Source of the DNA: a virus
Lineage: Duplodnaviria; Caudoviricetes
Length of the DNA: 32,734 nucleotides
Reading direction: 5' to 3' (one strand)
IMG/VR virus record: IMGVR_UViG_3300032257_000503
Span: 1-32,734 of that record
Shown piece by piece: positions 15,592-26,329 of the stretch (within the stretch, counting starts at the first letter, position 1; each line of letters opens with the position of its first letter). Both the position numbers and the translations under genes were made by a program. The notes beneath the pieces are model-generated. The model was not told the origin of the DNA, searched no databases, and saw nothing but the letters and a program-made list of their open reading frames with translations.

Positions 15592-18500
15592 TTGGCTCCA
15601 GACCCACAAACAATTTATAGACAGTTAGTTGTCGCATTTGGACAATCAGGCGCAGATGCTCTTATTCAGCAAATGGGTTCGGTATCTCAGTCGCTACAGG
15701 GTGTTCAGCAGCAAGCTGGTAAAGCCGGTGGAGCAATCAAGGGCTTTGGTAAAGCGGCTGGCGCTTCTCTCCGAGGAGTTACTGCTCTTGGTCTTGGCAT
15801 AAGTTCTACAGCAGTTGCAATGAAGACAATGGGCATTGACCTTGTATCTTCTCAGAGACAGTTATTTGAATTCAATAAAGGCCTTTTGGCTTCTAGAGTA
15901 TTGTTTGCTAAATACGGCGAGAATATAACTCAAACGCGCCAAAGAATTATAGATCTAAAAAATGAATATGAATTCACCAGAGATGAACTATTATCTCTCC
16001 AGAAGCAATTCCAAACAGGATTTACATATTTACCTGTTAAACAAATGACTAGTTATATGAGATTTCTTGCTGATGCTACAGGAGAAACATCGAGCGAGAT
16101 GGCTTCATTAGATCAAGTTTTCCAAGGCATAAGTCAAAAGATGCCTATCTTTGAACAAATGCTCAGAGGCAATAAAGATATGCTCGCCGGAACTGGCAGG
16201 GATATGCTTGATGCTATGTTTGTTACTGGTCAAATAGGAACATCAGATTATAAGCAAGCCTCAGGCGCTATAGCTTCAGCAGGAGCCGCAAGTAGAGGAA
16301 GTGATATAGAACAAGATCTTATGAGAGAACAGCTTGAGAATGTTCGTAGACTTATTACTACTGGCGAAGATATTCAAATAGAAATGGCTACTCAACTTCA
16401 ACCTGTTGTTGGGAAAATATCTAGTCTAGTCGAATCCAATAGAGATGCCGTTGTGAAATCTGCCGCTATTTCAGGTAACATACTTAGAGTTGTTTCTGTT
16501 ATGGGTGGTTTTGGTGCAGCTTCCGGTGCTATGAGAATTCTCCGAGGAGGACAGGGCGCTAATATAATGGGTAGAGCCGCAAATATAAGAAGCGGTGTAG
16601 CTACTACAGGAAGAGTTAGTAGATGGGGCGGGACTGCTGGCAGAATTGGTATGTCAGGGGTAAGAGGAGTCGCAGGCTACGGAGCAGCATCAACGGCTGG
16701 GGCGTTTGGCGCAACATCTATGTCTGGAGCTATGGGTGCTGGGTCTAGTGGTCTTATGGCTGGAGTTGGAGTAGCTGGAGTAACTTTGGCTTCAGCATTT
16801 GCTGTTGCTTTAGGAGGTTTAGCTGTTGGCGGGTTGATTGCTGATCAATTTATTGAAAGCTTTGACGGAACTGCTAAGCAAATGCAGTCTCAAACAGAAA
16901 AAGACTTATCACTAAAGATGAGCAGCGTGAATATGTTGAGAGACGCTGGGCAAGGAGATGTGGCAGATCAACTAGAGAGAAAATATGAAAAGATAGCAGA
17001 ACTAGAAACTAAGATAAATAAAGATTTAGCTGACCGTCAAGGCGGAGGCGCTCTTTCAGGAAAAGGGTGGGCAAACGCAGGAGCCGCAGTATTTGGAACA
17101 GATGATTTTATTGAAAGATCTGAAAAAGCATTGAAAAAAGAATACGAGATGAGAGATAGCCTAAGAAGACAGGCTAGCCAAATGATGGTAAAGGCTAAGG
17201 ATCAGATATCCGCTCAAGAAGAAGCTATGAAAAATGAGCAAGAGAGGCAATCTGCAATTGAGCGAGTTAGAGCTACCATGCAAATGGTTACTTTTGAAAT
17301 TGAGCGACAAGACGCTTTGGTTGAGTCTCAAGTTAGCGCATATAACACTTTGATTCAATTGAAATCTATTAGTGGTGGAGCTAGTTCTGATTTAGGTCTA
17401 GGAGGAAGCTCTGGTATGAGAGTAGATATTATAGATGATATCAATAAGTCAATCAGCGCTCGGACAGGAGCAATATCTGCTCTTCAATCTCTTCAAGGAA
17501 TGATTTCTGAACGAGCATCCGATCAGGGAAGAGATGCAGATCCTCAATCAAGAATTGACGAAATAGTAACAAAGCTAAAAGAGGCAAAAGATTCAGGCGC
17601 TGGTATAAGCGAAGAATTTATAAATTCTATTACGCAAGGATTAGCTGGAGGAATTGCTACTAGAGAAATTCTTATGAAGATTCGAGATCTTCAAAGCGAA
17701 ATAGGTCAAAAAGAAGTTCAAAGAATTGATGTAATAAATAGTACAGTAAAAGAATACGAAGGGCTTGAGTCTCAAGCTAGAACAGCGGAAAGTTTATTAG
17801 GTAATCAGGTGCAATTAGCACAGAATCTAGCGATGGGTGTTGGGGCTTCAGCTTCTATGATATTCCAGCAAGTTCAAGCAGTTGAACGAGTCATACAGGT
17901 CTTGCAGAAGCAAAGATCTGAAATGGAATTGATCTATCAATCACAAATGGCTACAGCAGAAGCAGCAGGCAATGTTGAATTGGCTAGAACTTTAGAATTC
18001 CAGATGACTTCTCAACTTCTTGAATTGGATAATAAAATAACTGCTGAAAGATCTAAACAAGCAGGATTATCTAAGACAATTAGAGACGGTTGGGTTTCCG
18101 CTGTTAGTTCTATGATGACCGGCGAAGGAATGTTTACTAAGATTGTTGTTGATCAAAACACTAGACTTGGTGGAATGATGGCTGCCACAGGAAATAAAAC
18201 TACAGGATTGAGAACAGGTTTTGCAGGACGTGGCTTTGAGAGTTCTCAAAGGTTTGTTCCAGGAGGAATTAACGGAGACAACTCTGGTATTACTTCTGGA
18301 TGGCAAGAAGCTCTTTCTTCAGGCAATCCTTTGGCTTCTTTGTTCTCAAGTACAGGAGGAAGTCTAGACCCTAAAAAGATATCCGAAGCTATGATGGAAT
18401 GGCAAAAAAATATAGGTTCAGGATTAGGAACTGGAGCCGCAGGAGCTGGTGGTAGCATTTATGGAACAAGCGAATTGCTTCAATTGCAAACCGACCATTT

Positions 18501-18765
18501 CAAGGAATGGGGTTCTCATGGTATAAAGATAAATGCGGATACTCCATTGCCGGTTAGTATAATGAATAACGACAGCAGTCTTGTTGAAGCAGCTACTTCT
18601 TCAGGTAAGGGTTCAGGCGGATTAACTGTTGGTCTTAATGAGACAGATAGGAAGAAAGTCGTTGATGCTGTTGTTGTAGAACTAACTAAGGGCATGGTAG
18701 AAGTTTCAAAGAAGGCATCAAGAAATGCCGTTGATGATTTGGCTGTCGGTCATTCTAGACTATAA
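15592..18765 (+). CDS. Tape measure protein (1057 aa)
   Basis: TTG start. Ala/Gly/Gln/Met-rich helical and coiled-coil sequence with a hydrophobic Gly/Ala segment. Canonical position after the frameshifting chaperone. Confidence 0.88.
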   Translation: MAPDPQTIYRQLVVAFGQSGADALIQQMGSVSQSLQGVQQQAGKAGGAIKGFGKAAGASLRGVTALGLGISSTAVAMKTMGIDLVSSQRQLFEFNKGLLASRVLFAKYGENITQTRQRIIDLKNEYEFTRDELLSLQKQFQTGFTYLPVKQMTSYMRFLADATGETSSEMASLDQVFQGISQKMPIFEQMLRGNKDMLAGTGRDMLDAMFVTGQIGTSDYKQASGAIASAGAASRGSDIEQDLMREQLENVRRLITTGEDIQIEMATQLQPVVGKISSLVESNRDAVVKSAAISGNILRVVSVMGGFGAASGAMRILRGGQGANIMGRAANIRSGVATTGRVSRWGGTAGRIGMSGVRGVAGYGAASTAGAFGATSMSGAMGAGSSGLMAGVGVAGVTLASAFAVALGGLAVGGLIADQFIESFDGTAKQMQSQTEKDLSLKMSSVNMLRDAGQGDVADQLERKYEKIAELETKINKDLADRQGGGALSGKGWANAGAAVFGTDDFIERSEKALKKEYEMRDSLRRQASQMMVKAKDQISAQEEAMKNEQERQSAIERVRATMQMVTFEIERQDALVESQVSAYNTLIQLKSISGGASSDLGLGGSSGMRVDIIDDINKSISARTGAISALQSLQGMISERASDQGRDADPQSRIDEIVTKLKEAKDSGAGISEEFINSITQGLAGGIATREILMKIRDLQSEIGQKEVQRIDVINSTVKEYEGLESQARTAESLLGNQVQLAQNLAMGVGASASMIFQQVQAVERVIQVLQKQRSEMELIYQSQMATAEAAGNVELARTLEFQMTSQLLELDNKITAERSKQAGLSKTIRDGWVSAVSSMMTGEGMFTKIVVDQNTRLGGMMAATGNKTTGLRTGFAGRGFESSQRFVPGGINGDNSGITSGWQEALSSGNPLASLFSSTGGSLDPKKISEAMMEWQKNIGSGLGTGAAGAGGSIYGTSELLQLQTDHFKEWGSHGIKINADTPLPVSIMNNDSSLVEAATSSGKGSGGLTVGLNETDRKKVVDAVVVELTKGMVEVSKKASRNAVDDLAVGHSRL

Positions 18766-18777
18766 TTCCATCAAAAT

Positions 18778-18784
18778 GACGATA
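18778..18784 (+). promoter_or_regulatory. GNCGATA motif, copy 5
   Basis: GACGATAA in the short gap between the TMP stop and the AGAGG SD. Confidence 0.5.
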
Positions 18785-18804
18785 ATTAATACAGAGGTTT
18801 GTCT

Positions 18805-21800
18805 ATGTCAAGATGCGCTCCATTTGTCCAAGGTGCAACAGCTTATAATTCTTTAGAGCTAATAGCTCAGGGTGGTATCCCTGAAGTTGCTATTATTCGG
18901 GATGAAGAAGTACAGTTATTACCATCAAATAGGATTAGCGTAGAGTTCCAATATTCTGTGCAGTCCGGTGTTACAGGCACTACTTTGAATGATTTAGCTG
19001 GTAGCGGTGGTGTTGCTGGCATATTTGGTGGTCTTGGTGGAGGCGCTGGAGCAGGCATCGGCGGTGTTTTAGGATGTTCTCTCCTTGGAGATTTTGAACC
19101 AACCGTATCTACATTCATTTTTCATTTCATGGATGGAGAGAACAGAATAAACAGAATCATAACTCTTACTGATGCTATGCTTGAAGAAGCTAGTAGTAAT
19201 GATGGAGTTTTTGAATATACTTTGCCAACAGAGGTTGCCGGGGTATTGGGCGTAACTCTATCTCCTTTGGAATTTACGGAAGAAGAACTTTTAGATATAG
19301 GCTCTTCGCCTGGCACTCAGTTCAGAGGTCATAGAATAAATAATGATGGACAGATAACAGCAGATTTTGCTCCATCAGATGAAGACAATCTATTTGTTGA
19401 AATATTTCGGGACGAGAGAAAATATGATTATCGAGGAGATAATGATGTGGGCAACTTCTCAGGAACATCTAACGTATTTACGAATACAGGCGGCGACGAC
19501 CTAGTAGATAAGAAGATAAAAATAAAACTCACAGAAGTAGCCCTAAATGGAGTACCTGCAAATGAAGAAGAGGGAACAGAAGCTATCCCTCCCTTAGAGG
19601 CAGGAAGCAGATTATATATAACATACTATGCTGTTTTGAACGATGAACTACGTCATGCCATTGAATCTAGGAGCTTCTTTTTTCTATTCCCAGGACAAAC
19701 TGTTGACAGAATAGCTATTGAACAGGTAAAGGCTTGGAATTTCAAACCACATGAATTTTATGTTCATAAAGAGCATGGAGAGAACTCTTCAGGACAATTC
19801 ATTCGTGCTGATTTAGAAGATTTAGCAAATGATGAAGCTGTAAGAAATAATCCAGACTTGACAGCCGAAGAAAAAGAAGATTTATTTGTTCTTGAAGAGA
19901 TAAAAGGACATAGGCTTATAGAGACTCTCAATGATACAAAGAATAAATCTCCATTCATAAAAGGGGTTTATGCCGCAGACACAAGAGGTATCATATCTAT
20001 AGATGTAAATAATCTATATGAGATAGAAGTTCTAATTCCGGCAGACCAAATCAAAGACCAAGAATGGTGGACTTCTTATATAGATGGATTTGTAGACTTT
20101 GGTCCTGGCTTCAATGATGATGGAGAGATTCTTCCTGAAGAAGATGGAGCAAATAGATTCATGAAAGGTTTTCTTTTTGATATAAGCGACCACGTGAATT
20201 CAGCCGTTTTTGATGATGAGAAATATGGGTATCAAAGAGAGCTTGCAAATGCTCTCAAGAGTGTTAGCAAGGTTGATGCCGACAATATAGATAATACAGG
20301 AATAGGTTTTCCGAATCTTGACCTTATAAGAAATAGAGTTTCGGGTAGAAATAATTATGATTTGTCAACTGCTAAATTCGAAAACGTAAAAATGTCTTCA
20401 ATAGAAGGTGGAGCATACTTTGTTAGAAGTTGTAATGAGTTTTTTGTAACAGACCAATTCTGTACATCAGGCACTATTCAAGCAGATATGTTTATTAGAA
20501 CTCCATTCTTTTTTATTCCATTGACAAGAAAAGGAAGAATATTTGTTGAGAGATTTACTCCTCAGTTTGCTTTGGAACCAGATGGGGGCATATGGGTCTT
20601 TACTAATCCTGTAGGCGGAGATAGTATGAGCATAGCTGTTCATCCATATAGAGATAAGGCTCATCTTGTTTTTGTTGATAGCGCAAATGCTGAGACAGTA
20701 TTGAAGTGGACAGAGATAAGAGACGGAGATATAAGAAGGCAATTGCAAAGAGTTGAACATGATGTTCTAGATAATGATCTAAACCATAATTCGCCAGATA
20801 TAGAATCTTCTACTCAGGAATCTTTGGATGTCATAGGATTTGATAAGGTTATAGGCAATCAACCAGGCTATGCAAGAGGAACAGAAATAACAGTAGATGG
20901 TGGTCGCATAGCAAAAGACCTTGTTTCTCCGTCTGAAGTATATGAAAAGATAACACCTTCAATAGTTCATAATAAAGAAGAAGGCACTATTTCTGTTGTT
21001 GGCCTAGATAATAAGAAAATAAGAAACATCAGACTAAAATATACAACTACTAGTGATTTTGTTGCTCTTAGAGACCGCTCGGCTACATTTATATTTCCTA
21101 ATTCAAGAGAAGTAATAGATAATGTAGGGTTTGCTCATGCTGGAGGTTTAAGGACAGGAGAAAACTTTATCCTATTAGACGCTAGGTATTATGCTGATGA
21201 ATCTATGCAGATAGAAGGAGAAGTTCTGAAGACAATAGAGAATGTCAGTATAGAGCTAGTAGTTATAAACGATGAAGAATACGAAATCTCAAAAGTGGGA
21301 CTAGCTGGAGGAGCCTCTTCTTGTTTTGATGCAAAAGGAAATTGGTATATTTTCTATGAAGATTCGAAGGCTAATGTAGGAGAATACTCATCTCAACCAG
21401 GTGGGGATGACGTTATAGACGGAGGAGTAACTGAGATATCTTGTCTTGTAAGTTACGATTTGGGAGAAACTTGGTTTGACCATAAAGGGGTCGTATTTAC
21501 AGCAGGAGATGAAGCCGTATCTTCTCCTTATATTGTATCCGATTTGAAGTCTGGAAAAATGTATCTGCTATATGTTTTAGATAATACGCTCATGTACAAA
21601 GATATAAATCCATCGGCTTTCGTTTTTGAAGACTCTTTCAAGGCATGGAAAAGGCCAGTAACATTTGATAGCAATACAGAGAGTAATTTCGGAGTTAGTC
21701 ATTTTACTAATAATGGAAGAGAAATAAGACAGTCTACTTCTCATGTCGTTGTCGGTAATGTAACTGGAGACTTCCTATTGAGTCAATTGGAGATAACAGA

Positions 21801-22515
21801 AAGCAGAAGACAATACAACCTGCTAAAAGAAGAAGGGGAATATATTCGTTTCTTGCGTATTGCTCAAGCCGGAGATTTTGAAGATTTTTCGGAAGGCTTT
21901 TCTCAAACAAATTATGCTCCATTTGTAGATAGCAAGGGCGTTCTAAAAGTTGCGTATGTATTGAATGGCCTTTTATATGTCAGAGTAAGCACTGATGGCG
22001 GTAAAAGTTGGTATTTTCCAAGAGAGAATGCTCAAGAAGGAACGTTTTTCCATAGGAATAATACATTTCAAGAGCCGTCATTCATTTCTAATCTCAATGT
22101 TGTAATAGATGATTTTACAGATAAAATCAATATAAGCTATATAGTAGACGGCATGTTGTTTATAAGAACATTAGATTCTGGGAGTCTAGATTTGGATTCA
22201 AGGACTCTTTCGGAGGATATAGACCCGGATTCAGAGAATACAAAATCAGTGTTTTGTGTTGGAATACTAAACGATGCGGTCATAAGGGGACTGGAAGAGA
22301 ATAATACTAATATAGTATTCCCTCATAAAGATGGTTCAATTGAGGCATTCAAGGAAACAATGTCAATAAGCGATATACCTGCTGTCGGATTTGTTTCTTC
22401 TACTGGTTATTCAAGATTCTATTATCAAGATGCCGAGGGCAATATTAGAGGATTGACATATACTCCAAAGAGTGTTTTATTAGATGCTAAGCAAAGGAAA
22501 GTTGACATAAACTAA
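18805..22515 (+). CDS. Large tail tip/baseplate protein with Asp-box (BNR) beta-propeller region
   Basis: ATG 18805 lies 7 nt after AGAGG (the track uses TTG 18799). Asp-boxes SYDLGETW (21451) and STDGGKSW (21988). Acidic, beta-rich, directly after TMP. Confidence 0.7.
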   Translation: MSRCAPFVQGATAYNSLELIAQGGIPEVAIIRDEEVQLLPSNRISVEFQYSVQSGVTGTTLNDLAGSGGVAGIFGGLGGGAGAGIGGVLGCSLLGDFEPTVSTFIFHFMDGENRINRIITLTDAMLEEASSNDGVFEYTLPTEVAGVLGVTLSPLEFTEEELLDIGSSPGTQFRGHRINNDGQITADFAPSDEDNLFVEIFRDERKYDYRGDNDVGNFSGTSNVFTNTGGDDLVDKKIKIKLTEVALNGVPANEEEGTEAIPPLEAGSRLYITYYAVLNDELRHAIESRSFFFLFPGQTVDRIAIEQVKAWNFKPHEFYVHKEHGENSSGQFIRADLEDLANDEAVRNNPDLTAEEKEDLFVLEEIKGHRLIETLNDTKNKSPFIKGVYAADTRGIISIDVNNLYEIEVLIPADQIKDQEWWTSYIDGFVDFGPGFNDDGEILPEEDGANRFMKGFLFDISDHVNSAVFDDEKYGYQRELANALKSVSKVDADNIDNTGIGFPNLDLIRNRVSGRNNYDLSTAKFENVKMSSIEGGAYFVRSCNEFFVTDQFCTSGTIQADMFIRTPFFFIPLTRKGRIFVERFTPQFALEPDGGIWVFTNPVGGDSMSIAVHPYRDKAHLVFVDSANAETVLKWTEIRDGDIRRQLQRVEHDVLDNDLNHNSPDIESSTQESLDVIGFDKVIGNQPGYARGTEITVDGGRIAKDLVSPSEVYEKITPSIVHNKEEGTISVVGLDNKKIRNIRLKYTTTSDFVALRDRSATFIFPNSREVIDNVGFAHAGGLRTGENFILLDARYYADESMQIEGEVLKTIENVSIELVVINDEEYEISKVGLAGGASSCFDAKGNWYIFYEDSKANVGEYSSQPGGDDVIDGGVTEISCLVSYDLGETWFDHKGVVFTAGDEAVSSPYIVSDLKSGKMYLLYVLDNTLMYKDINPSAFVFEDSFKAWKRPVTFDSNTESNFGVSHFTNNGREIRQSTSHVVVGNVTGDFLLSQLEITESRRQYNLLKEEGEYIRFLRIAQAGDFEDFSEGFSQTNYAPFVDSKGVLKVAYVLNGLLYVRVSTDGGKSWYFPRENAQEGTFFHRNNTFQEPSFISNLNVVIDDFTDKINISYIVDGMLFIRTLDSGSLDLDSRTLSEDIDPDSENTKSVFCVGILNDAVIRGLEENNTNIVFPHKDGSIEAFKETMSISDIPAVGFVSSTGYSRFYYQDAEGNIRGLTYTPKSVLLDAKQRKVDIN

Positions 22516-25500
22516 TGACTCAATGCGAAGATGACAGAGTAGATCCGTTAGGTTATCCATTCAAGCCTGCTGTGCCAGGTTTTCAGGGTAAGCTCAATTG
22601 TAAGTGTACAATTTGGGCTAATAATCCAATGTATCAAAGACGTAGACAAGATCAGGCTTTTATCTTTTCCCCAGAAACTCTACAAACAGCCCCAGAAACG
22701 ATAAGACAAAAGATGCGGTCGGTAGAGACGGCATCGGGACAAAGAATAGATGGACTGTATTTGGCAGAGAAGCCTCAGTATCAGCATAACTTTATATGTG
22801 CGACTAAAAGGCAAGAGTCCGTAGACGAAGCTACGAAAAACCAGTCTGTTGCTGATGAAAAAGAATCCAAAGTAACTCCTCTTGAGAGATTAGAATTCTA
22901 TGCAGGCATTAGAAAAGATCTTATTTTCACAGGAATTGATAGAGGCTTTGCTTCTTTAGGAATAGACCCAATTGGGGATGAAGATGATTATCTAATATTT
23001 GTAGATGGAACTGGAGCTACATATTCTACAGCACAGGCAGCTCATCACACTTGGATTAATACTGGTAGTTTGTATACAGATTATATAGTAAGACCTTCTG
23101 AAGAAAATATAGAGCCAGAAGATGATTTGCAAAGACTAGATTATCAGTATTCTTCTAGGTGGGGATACTCTAGCGTCAACTCTGCTACTAATACCTATAA
23201 CTCGGAAGGCATAGAGACAATAGAGGGTCCAGATTGGCTTGCTCCTGCTCAATTGGCTAATAAGCAAGGTAGCCCTGTTGCAAAATTGCAGGAGCTATAT
23301 CCTTCTTCAGCAGCGGACAATGTTTGGACAAACACTAATCCAGGAATTCATTGGAGAGTCGTTAAAAGAACTCCGTTATTCCAAGGTCAAGATTTCTATG
23401 TCGAAATAACTAAAGATGCTATCAGCAGCGACATTCCAAATCTTGCAGACTCTCGATTTAAAATGCGAGATGAATTCAAGTATTTAGATATACACTCTAT
23501 ACCTGAAGGTGGGACAGGAACAATTCCTCAAGAAGCCCTCATAGAAGTAGATGATGAAGGAAATGTTGATATCAATGCTTTGAAGAGATTTGATTTCACA
23601 AGACAAGCTTATTATATGATACAACTTGGGGCTGGGATGGAAGGCCCTATACATGACGAGTGTCACAATTTGGATCAAGGTCATGAATATTGGATAATTA
23701 TACCAGAAAACTCTAACCCTATATTCTGTCATGCTGGCGTGGTTTACGAGCCAAAACCAATTGAAGAAGAAGGAGACACTCAGTCTCAAGCAACTACTGC
23801 ACAGGATGGAACTCCCTGTGGAGATGGAAGTACATCTGATGATGGGCCTATACAAACAATAGGAATAACCGATCAAAAGAAGCTAAGAAGATTATCAACA
23901 TACAGGGCCGCAACTGGCCGAACTCTTTTTAGAGATAGAACATTGAGAGTTCAGGTTCGACAGCATTTAGGAAAAATAATTGTAACATTTTCCGGACAAG
24001 AAGATAATCCTTGGATTATAGAAAGATCGGATTTAGAGCCAAGACCTAGTAACGAAGAAGGGTGTACTCCATCTACAATACAGGATTTTGCCACAACTAA
24101 AGTTCCTATGGTAATAGCTCCTGCTCCTATTGCAATCATGGGTGGGAATATTAGATGTTCCTTCTCTTTTGCTACATTGACTTATGATATTATAAATGAA
24201 ACAAGACTTCCTCAGAACTATAGCATACTTGGTCCTGTAGAAAGAGAAGAAATAAACTTGTTCCTAAGAGATAAAGGTGTTAGTAAAAGGCTTGAGACCT
24301 CATCTAATCAAGCTCCTTCCGATGATGAATCAGAAGAGAGTTTTGAATATTCGCAAGATGCAGAAATATTCCAAGAAGTTCTTCTTGGAGAAAGAGTCGA
24401 GACAAAGGCTATAGAAAATCAGCCAGATTTAGTCAAAAGAAGAGGTAAAGCTCCATGCGCTCAAGCCGCTGGAGACCTAGACGGTAAGCGTTCTCAATCT
24501 ACAATCGGTATAGCTATGAAGAGGACCACAAGGACAACTGGCTCTGAATCTCCATACTCGCTAAGTATACAAGTAGGGTTCAAAATGACTCCAGGAGATT
24601 ACTTGTTTCCTTCTATCGAAGGAGATGGGGATAATGGAGATGGCTGGATGCTCCAAAGATGCATAACTCCAATTATGAATAGCTTCAGGCTCTTTGTCCC
24701 AAGCAAGGGGAATGCCTTTGATAAAGAGGCTATAGATGTAAGTCATCATGTTATGCAATTTGAAGATTCTTGGTCTGAGAAAGATCTATTAACAATAGAC
24801 CATACAGGATCTATAAAGTTCTTGATAAACTCAGGAATGGAATTTATTGATGTAACAGACCACTCTTCATATTTGGCATCTCTTATTGATAAAGCGTTTT
24901 ATCTGCAAATTGCCGTATGGTGGGAAGGTGGAGTTATGCCTTTGCCTCCTTTAGACCAAGATAGAGTATTATTTACGGGTCTATGTCATGGCGGAGAAAT
25001 AACAGTAGAAAATAACGAAAGAGTTCTTAGTTGTCAGATTGAAGACTATGGAGTTATTCTTAGAAATCAAATATTTATGAACTCTCCGTTCTTTGATAAG
25101 ATGAGAGATTTCAACGCTGTCTATGAGATATTAGATTTGGCAGGGTTTAGAGATGGCTCCGCTTTAGATGACAATGAAGATATAGATGACCCATCAGCTC
25201 CAGCATCTCTCATGAAGAGATATAAGGACAGAAAAGATGAAGAGATGTTCTTCTTTACAATACATAACGGAGAAACCATTATAAATAGAGAGTACGCTCT
25301 TCCTGGCAGTTATGATGTATTGCAAGAACCATTCTTGAAATTTAGAGATGGAGAAAAATATTGGGATGCTTTAGTTAGAATGGGTAAGCTGTCTGGCAAA
25401 GTTATGTATTTTGACAGATTAGGAGTATTCCATTATGATATGCTTCCTTATGAACAAGATTTGTTCAACTTCCAGCAAAGAGAAGGAAAAGGGGACTCAA

Positions 25501-26090
25501 CATTTGAACCTATAGATTACTTGAAGCTTGCAAAAGTACACTTTGATGTTTCTCCAGATTTAGCAGGAGAGCCTGAAGTATACAGACAAGTCTTCAATGC
25601 CTACACGGTAAAAAGACATGTTCAGGATGTTGTCAATGAGATCAGAATCATATCTACAACCCCAGACGGCGAATTACTAATTGGTGGTCATACTAATTTT
25701 TCATCATTGTTTGACCCAGATTCGGCTGGCTTCCTTGGATACCCAAAACAGTTCATTCAGCAAGACGGTATTTTTGGAGATGCTCAAACCGTAAAATGGA
25801 ATATAAAGAATTACACAAAGATGTTTATTCCACCATTGAGTATCAATTTTGAATCAATAGGAAGAAATAACATAAAACCATTAGATATCGTAAGTTTTCA
25901 AGGAATGAATATGGCAGAAGCTCAACCTCTTATAATAGGAAGCTTGACAAATGATATAAATCCTGAAAGCCACACTTGGGTTCAGAAATACGAATGCTAC
26001 TGGCTATTCCCATCAGTCAATATAGAATGGGGCGATTCGAATGTTGTTGGATTGAGTCCAACAGGCGGAATAACTGAAACGACAGAATAA
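22515..26090 (+). CDS. Baseplate hub/Tal-like protein (gp27-like C-terminal half) with large N-terminal extension
   Basis: TAATG coupling. VLFTGLC..LSCQIEDYGVIL, FRDGEKYWDALVRMGKLSGKVMYFDRLGVFHY, VVNEIRII, FESIGRNNIKPLDIVSF..IIGSLTNDI. Confidence 0.7.
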   Translation: MTQCEDDRVDPLGYPFKPAVPGFQGKLNCKCTIWANNPMYQRRRQDQAFIFSPETLQTAPETIRQKMRSVETASGQRIDGLYLAEKPQYQHNFICATKRQESVDEATKNQSVADEKESKVTPLERLEFYAGIRKDLIFTGIDRGFASLGIDPIGDEDDYLIFVDGTGATYSTAQAAHHTWINTGSLYTDYIVRPSEENIEPEDDLQRLDYQYSSRWGYSSVNSATNTYNSEGIETIEGPDWLAPAQLANKQGSPVAKLQELYPSSAADNVWTNTNPGIHWRVVKRTPLFQGQDFYVEITKDAISSDIPNLADSRFKMRDEFKYLDIHSIPEGGTGTIPQEALIEVDDEGNVDINALKRFDFTRQAYYMIQLGAGMEGPIHDECHNLDQGHEYWIIIPENSNPIFCHAGVVYEPKPIEEEGDTQSQATTAQDGTPCGDGSTSDDGPIQTIGITDQKKLRRLSTYRAATGRTLFRDRTLRVQVRQHLGKIIVTFSGQEDNPWIIERSDLEPRPSNEEGCTPSTIQDFATTKVPMVIAPAPIAIMGGNIRCSFSFATLTYDIINETRLPQNYSILGPVEREEINLFLRDKGVSKRLETSSNQAPSDDESEESFEYSQDAEIFQEVLLGERVETKAIENQPDLVKRRGKAPCAQAAGDLDGKRSQSTIGIAMKRTTRTTGSESPYSLSIQVGFKMTPGDYLFPSIEGDGDNGDGWMLQRCITPIMNSFRLFVPSKGNAFDKEAIDVSHHVMQFEDSWSEKDLLTIDHTGSIKFLINSGMEFIDVTDHSSYLASLIDKAFYLQIAVWWEGGVMPLPPLDQDRVLFTGLCHGGEITVENNERVLSCQIEDYGVILRNQIFMNSPFFDKMRDFNAVYEILDLAGFRDGSALDDNEDIDDPSAPASLMKRYKDRKDEEMFFFTIHNGETIINREYALPGSYDVLQEPFLKFRDGEKYWDALVRMGKLSGKVMYFDRLGVFHYDMLPYEQDLFNFQQREGKGDSTFEPIDYLKLAKVHFDVSPDLAGEPEVYRQVFNAYTVKRHVQDVVNEIRIISTTPDGELLIGGHTNFSSLFDPDSAGFLGYPKQFIQQDGIFGDAQTVKWNIKNYTKMFIPPLSINFESIGRNNIKPLDIVSFQGMNMAEAQPLIIGSLTNDINPESHTWVQKYECYWLFPSVNIEWGDSNVVGLSPTGGITETTE

Positions 26091-26104
26091 GCGAAAGGAA
26101 ATAA

Positions 26105-26320
26105 ATGTCAGACTCATATATTAGAAATAAATCAAAGCAGCTCAATGAGAGAAATAAACAACAAACATCGGCTGATATGTCGATGAGAGAAGTGAGAGAC
26201 TCTGTTAGAGAATCTCGTATGGGATACAGAGGCACTGGTATGTTCCAGTTGGCTAGATACCATTCGCAAGAAGGCGTTCTTGTTATAGGTATGGGTGGCC
26301 CTCCTACAGTAGGCCAGTAA
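26105..26320 (+). CDS. Hypothetical small basic protein (71 aa)
   Basis: SD AAGGA. Fills the gap between the hub and fibre genes. Confidence 0.75.
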   Translation: MSDSYIRNKSKQLNERNKQQTSADMSMREVRDSVRESRMGYRGTGMFQLARYHSQEGVLVIGMGGPPTVGQ

Positions 26321-26329
26321 GGATAATTC

